Sequence record: DRR723986_20466
DNA: 32,464 nt
Direction: 5' to 3' (one strand)
Part shown: piece after piece, positions 27,836-32,464 of the stretch
How the letters are laid out: each line of letters starts with the position of its first letter
Numbering within the stretch: the stretch's first letter is position 1
Position numbers and translations under genes: made by a program
Notes under the pieces: model-generated
The model's database searches: none
What the model saw: only the letters and a program-made list of their open reading frames with translations
What the model was told of the DNA's origin: nothing

Positions 27836-29881
27836 ATGATAGAAGAAAAAGAATCACTCAATTTCATAGAACAACTCATTGCTGACGATCTAGCAGCAGG
27901 CTTTTCTCCGGAGAAACTTCGTTTTCGCTTTCCACCTGAGCCGAATGGGTATTTACATATAGGCCATGCTGCTTCTATTTGCCTGAATTTTGGATTGGGA
28001 GAAATGCATAATGCTCCTGTTAATCTTCGGTTTGATGATACTAATCCAAGTAAGGAAGAACAGGAATATGTAGATGCAATCAAGCGTGATATTCAATGGC
28101 TTGGATTTCAATGGGCTACAGAATGTTATTCTTCAGACTACTTTCAACAGCTATATGACTGGGCGGTTCAACTGATCAAAGAAGGGAAAGCCTATGTGGA
28201 TCAACAGTCTGCAGAAGCTATGGCCGAGCAAAAAGGAACGCCTACAACTCCAGGAGTGGCTGGTCCTTTTCGTGATCGATCAGTTGAGGAAAATCTAAAT
28301 TTATTTGAAAGAATGAAGGCTGGAGAATTTGAGCAAGGTAGTTATGTACTTCGTGCGAAGATTGATATGGCCTCTTCCAATATGTTGATGCGGGACCCTA
28401 TTCTTTATAGGATTGTGAGGAAAGCGCACCATCGTACTGGCACTGAATGGTGTATTTATCCAATGTATGATTGGGCTCACGGTGAGTCTGATTACGTAGA
28501 GCAGATTTCCCACTCTCTTTGTACGTTGGAATTCAAAATGCACAGGGAGCTGTACGACTGGTTCTTGGATCAAATCTATGACCCTACCAAACTGAGACCA
28601 AAGCAGAGAGAATTTGCCCGAAGAAATCTCAGTTATACAGTCATGAGCAAGAGAAAGCTTCTTGAATTGGTTCAAACCAAAACTGTAACCGGATGGGATG
28701 ACCCTCGTATGCCGACTATCTCTGGTCTACGAAGAAGAGGCTATACGCCTGAATCTATCCGTAAATTCTCTGATGTTTCTGGAATTTCCAAGCGTGATTC
28801 TGTAACAGATGTTTCTCTGTTGGAATTTTGCATTCGAGAGGATTTGAATAAAACTGCAACTCGAGTGATGGGGGTTTTAGATCCCGTGAAGTTAGTAATC
28901 ACCAATTATCCAGCTGGGAAAACTGAAATACTTTCCGCTGAAAATAATCCGGAAGATCCAAATTCAGGAACTCATGACTTACCATTTAGTGGTGAATTAT
29001 ATATAGAAAGAGAAGATTTCAAAGAAGAAGCAGGAAGTAAGTTTTTCCGCTTGACTTTGGGAAATGAGGTACGATTGAAAAGTGCCTACATCATCAAAGG
29101 TGAGTCAGTAGTAAAAGATGCTGCGGGCAATATTACTGAGATTCATTGTACTGCTGACTTGGATTCAAGATCTGGATCTGGAACTGAAGCTAGCACGAGA
29201 AAAGTAAAAGGGACGCTTCACTGGGTATCTATACAGCATGCAATAAAAGCGGAAGTTAGAGAATACGATAGACTATTTTTGGACGAAGCTCCAGACAGTC
29301 ATGAGGACAGGAATTTTATGGAATTCGTAAATCCAGACTCTCTCAAGGTAATCAAAGAGGCCTATCTAGAGCCTTTTCTTAAGGATGCAACCCTTGATGA
29401 TAAATTTCAGTTTCAGAGACTTGGTTACTTTACTTTGGATAAGGATTCTTCTTCAGAAAACCTTGTTTTTAATAAAACGGTAGGTTTGAGGGATTCATGG
29501 GCAAAACAGGCTCCGGTAGCTGCTGCACCGCAAAATCAACCCGTAAAGCAGCAGAACCATGGAGGCGGACAGGCTCAAGGGCAGCGCTCTGCTATCAATG
29601 AGATTCAGAAAATCTCAAAGAAATACACGAATCTATCCGGTGATAAGCTTGCCGCAGCTAGAGCAGATATTGCGAAATTGGCTGAGGAAGTGAGCTATGA
29701 AGAATTGGCTCCCCTATTCAACACAGCTGCTAAGAAAGTTGGGACTCGAATAGGAGCAATGATTACATTGGGTGTCCTGTTAGCCAATGGACAGGAGAGA
29801 AATGCTGAAATTGATGCTTTTATAGAAGCCGGCTTGTCAGATGGAAATGAAGAATTGGTTGGAGAAGCGAAGAAAATTTAA
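27836..29881 (+). CDS. glnS: Glutamine--tRNA ligase with C-terminal extension
   Basis: RFPPEPNGYLHIGH, VMSKRK, GWDDPRMPT and FQFQRLGYF motifs; ~120 extra C-terminal residues. Confidence 0.96.
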   Translation: MIEEKESLNFIEQLIADDLAAGFSPEKLRFRFPPEPNGYLHIGHAASICLNFGLGEMHNAPVNLRFDDTNPSKEEQEYVDAIKRDIQWLGFQWATECYSSDYFQQLYDWAVQLIKEGKAYVDQQSAEAMAEQKGTPTTPGVAGPFRDRSVEENLNLFERMKAGEFEQGSYVLRAKIDMASSNMLMRDPILYRIVRKAHHRTGTEWCIYPMYDWAHGESDYVEQISHSLCTLEFKMHRELYDWFLDQIYDPTKLRPKQREFARRNLSYTVMSKRKLLELVQTKTVTGWDDPRMPTISGLRRRGYTPESIRKFSDVSGISKRDSVTDVSLLEFCIREDLNKTATRVMGVLDPVKLVITNYPAGKTEILSAENNPEDPNSGTHDLPFSGELYIEREDFKEEAGSKFFRLTLGNEVRLKSAYIIKGESVVKDAAGNITEIHCTADLDSRSGSGTEASTRKVKGTLHWVSIQHAIKAEVREYDRLFLDEAPDSHEDRNFMEFVNPDSLKVIKEAYLEPFLKDATLDDKFQFQRLGYFTLDKDSSSENLVFNKTVGLRDSWAKQAPVAAAPQNQPVKQQNHGGGQAQGQRSAINEIQKISKKYTNLSGDKLAAARADIAKLAEEVSYEELAPLFNTAAKKVGTRIGAMITLGVLLANGQERNAEIDAFIEAGLSDGNEELVGEAKKI

Positions 29882-29921
29882 AATTAATTTCTGATAGACT
29901 TTGCAGTGTCGAAGTGTAGGT

Positions 29922-29963
29922 AAAAAAATCGCTCGTCGTGAAAATTCGACGAGCGATTTTTTT
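29922..29963. terminator. Bidirectional intrinsic terminator
   Basis: Perfect inverted repeat AAAAAAATCGCTCGTCG / CGACGAGCGATTTTTTT between convergent genes. Confidence 0.9.
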
Positions 29964-30015
29964 GTTAATCTACAGGTGAAGAATGGTCAGGTTTGCAACC
30001 ATGGCAACTACGTTC

Positions 30016-32463
30016 CTACTTATCCACGCCCATTGACACCTTCTCTGCATTAATAAGAATTGGCTTCCCAAAGCCTAGTTTTTCAAGACCAGCAAATTGT
30101 GTTTTGGCATCGCCTACGATCAGCCAAATCATCTTGTTTGGGTCAAGGTACATTTCTGATAATTCCTGAATTCTCTCCACAGTTAGTTCATTCACTATTT
30201 TCTCTCTATCCTTCATGTAGCCTGGATCCCATCCAAACTCACTGATATTCTCTAGCATATTCAGTTTTGCCCCAGCCGTCTCAAAAGCTCGAGCATTGCT
30301 TTTGATCATAAAGCTTTGAGTGGTTTCCAGATCTTGAGAAGTGTAAGTTGAAGGATAATCTGATAGTATATTTTTTACTAATTGAGCAGACTCATACGTA
30401 ACGTTGCTTCGCACACCGCTAGTAATAGTAAATGGAGCGGCCACTTTTCCACCGGAAAATGAAGACCTAATTCCATAAGTATATCCTTTGCCTTCACGTA
30501 GTTCTTGAGTTAGTCTGGAAGCAAATCCTCCTCCTCCCAAGATGTAATTCATTACCACCGCAGGGTAATAATCTGGATGGGTTGAAGTCATCGCTGGATA
30601 CCCGAACTGTAGCATTGATTGCTTTGCATCAGGGATGTCATAAAAATAAACCTGTGCATTTTCTGGCCTTGAGGGAGCATCATAAGCAGGAATACTCACG
30701 TCCTTACTTTCCCAGGCAGTTATCAAATCCTGAAGTGATGCAATGATTTTCACTTTCCCTAAATCACCAACAACATGCATTCGGGTTACGGATGGAGAAA
30801 TATAGTTATCATAATAGGTTTTCAGATCATTTAGAGTTATCGACTCCACAGATTTAATGTTTCCTAAAATGTTTTGAGAACGAATATTACCCTCTCCATA
30901 GATCAACTTATTAAATTCATTTTGGGCTACCATGTTGGGGCTTGCCTCCAGCTGTCGGATACGGCTGATGGTAGATTGTTTTGCCAATTCAAATTCCAGT
31001 GAGTCCCATCTTGGTTCCAGAATGATTTCCTTTACTAATTCCATCACCTGATCGTAGTTTCTACTTAATGTATTTACGGCTATAGTTGTATTCTCTGTAG
31101 TTGCATATACATTCACTGAGGCTCCTAATTGATCTATCGCGTCTTCCAATTCAGCAGTTGTCTTGGTTTGGGTACCCTTTGTCATCAACTGTGCCAAAAG
31201 ATTGGCCACTCCTACTTGATTAGGATCGTCCAATAATTGCCCTCCATCAATTATCATATTAAATTGAACCAATGGAACTTCATGGTTTTCAATACCATAT
31301 ACCTGTAAGCCATTAGCAAGTGAATCCTCCCAAACTGAAGGAATGGTCACCTCAGGTGTTTTGCCATATGGAGGCTCAACTGACCTATCAAAAGTGGATG
31401 GTGCACGCTCATATTCAGCTTGAATCGACGCATCAAAGCTTTCTTCTGCACCCTGTACGATTTGCTCTTCTACTACTTCAGCTTTCTTAGATCCTTGGAG
31501 TGCAGCTTCTAAGTTTCCTTTGGGCACAAAGCTGGTAGCTATGTAATTCTTACCGTAAATGTATTTTTTGAAAACCCGGGTCACGTCTTCTGTATTGACC
31601 GATAAAATGTTTTGAATATCCTGATTGATAAAGCCAGGATCTTTAGCGAAAATATTGTATTGAGTCAACTGTACTCCTTTACCTAAAACACTTGAAAGTC
31701 CATTGTAGAACCGTGTTTCCTGTCCAGCTTTTATTCGTGCTAGGTCTTTTTCTGAGATGCCCTCTTTTTCAAATTTGGCGAAAGCCATTTCTATGGCGGC
31801 AGCTACTTCATCCAAATCTTTGTCAGCATATGCGCGAACAGCAAGTTGCGCTTGTCCAGCCAATTCTGAAGTTCTATTGTACATCCTGACATTAGATGTT
31901 AGTTTTTTATCATCTACCAAAACTACATTGAGTGGAGCCTCTTTTCCATTGGATAGATAATCAGTAAGCACATCCAGAGCATAGGAGTCTGCATGATATT
32001 GCTCCACTGTAGGCCAAGTCATGGACAGTTCAGGAAGGCGGGCAAAATTATCTTCATGGTAAAGTTTTTGGATGGTTTCTACTTTCCCAGGTCTTGGAGT
32101 AAGTGGGGCTATATCTTCACCAGCGGCTATTTCATCAAAATATTTTTTCACCCATTCTTTCGCTTGTTTTGGGTCAAAATCACCAGCAATTGTAAGCGTA
32201 ACGTTATTTGGAACGTACCATCTTCTAAAAAACTCTTTTACGTCTTCCAATTTCGCATTCTGCAAATCTTCTAATGAGCCGATTACCTGCCAATTGTAAG
32301 GGTGATCTTCAGGATATAGATTCTTGTCAATCACATAAGAAGTATGGCCGTAGGGTTGGTTGTCCACGCCCTGCCTTTTTTCATTTTTCACCACCTGCTT
32401 CTCTTTGGCCAAAACAGGATCAGTTACAGTATTGATAAACCAACCTAGTTTGTCTGCTTCTGC
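30016..32463 (-). CDS. M16 (pitrilysin/insulinase) family metallopeptidase, 5'-truncated by the window edge
   Basis: Frame is open to the edge (AEADKLGWFINTV...); NEKRQ, HPY, WYVPNN and SRLTQELREGKGYTYG motifs. The HxxEH motif would lie outside the window. Confidence 0.92.
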   Translation of the reverse strand, partial: AEADKLGWFINTVTDPVLAKEKQVVKNEKRQGVDNQPYGHTSYVIDKNLYPEDHPYNWQVIGSLEDLQNAKLEDVKEFFRRWYVPNNVTLTIAGDFDPKQAKEWVKKYFDEIAAGEDIAPLTPRPGKVETIQKLYHEDNFARLPELSMTWPTVEQYHADSYALDVLTDYLSNGKEAPLNVVLVDDKKLTSNVRMYNRTSELAGQAQLAVRAYADKDLDEVAAAIEMAFAKFEKEGISEKDLARIKAGQETRFYNGLSSVLGKGVQLTQYNIFAKDPGFINQDIQNILSVNTEDVTRVFKKYIYGKNYIATSFVPKGNLEAALQGSKKAEVVEEQIVQGAEESFDASIQAEYERAPSTFDRSVEPPYGKTPEVTIPSVWEDSLANGLQVYGIENHEVPLVQFNMIIDGGQLLDDPNQVGVANLLAQLMTKGTQTKTTAELEDAIDQLGASVNVYATTENTTIAVNTLSRNYDQVMELVKEIILEPRWDSLEFELAKQSTISRIRQLEASPNMVAQNEFNKLIYGEGNIRSQNILGNIKSVESITLNDLKTYYDNYISPSVTRMHVVGDLGKVKIIASLQDLITAWESKDVSIPAYDAPSRPENAQVYFYDIPDAKQSMLQFGYPAMTSTHPDYYPAVVMNYILGGGGFASRLTQELREGKGYTYGIRSSFSGGKVAAPFTITSGVRSNVTYESAQLVKNILSDYPSTYTSQDLETTQSFMIKSNARAFETAGAKLNMLENISEFGWDPGYMKDREKIVNELTVERIQELSEMYLDPNKMIWLIVGDAKTQFAGLEKLGFGKPILINAEKVSMGVDK

Positions 32464-32464
32464 C

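Noticed and set aside
13008-32299. Antisense ORFs over the FISUMP, AraC, SLC13, fasciclin, PP2C, TauE, SPFH, hsp20, GH3, glnS and M16 genes
   Set aside because: Shadow ORFs of real genes on the opposite strand, with no independent support.

Overview
AT-rich bacterial chromosomal window, most consistent with Bacteroidota (probably Cytophagales/Cyclobacteriaceae-like). This is inferred from TAnnTTTG promoters, a short 287-aa primary sigma factor, the general lack of Shine-Dalgarno sites, and bshB1, GH3 and FISUMP genes. Bases 1-12.6 kb are a housekeeping block: partial tRNA-Met, START-like protein, LptF/G permease, rpsO, pnp, rpoD, trxB, M23/LysM peptidase, bshB1, pdxH, YqgE/AlgH, DUF349 and tRNA-Thr. 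After tRNA-Thr lies a mixed, accessory-looking stretch: FISUMP lipoprotein, AraC regulator, LytS/LytTR two-component pair, SLC13 transporter, fasciclin lipoprotein, LOV-PP2C, TauE, SPFH, Hsp20, HExxH protein and GH3. The window ends with glnS and a truncated M16 peptidase. Signals not in the ORF track: (1) a 48-aa signal/TM micropeptide heading the LytS/LytTR operon, behind a promoter with 21-bp-spaced direct repeats (candidate autoregulated peptide-signalling module); (2) a near-perfect XerC/XerD dif site at 19764-19791; (3) a LOV blue-light sensor/PP2C phosphatase interrupted by a single in-frame TGA at the domain junction; (4) a decayed GIY-YIG ORF behind tRNA-Thr; (5) sigma54-type promoters and TGACA boxes at hsp20 and neighbouring genes. 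No integrase, transposase or CRISPR array was seen.
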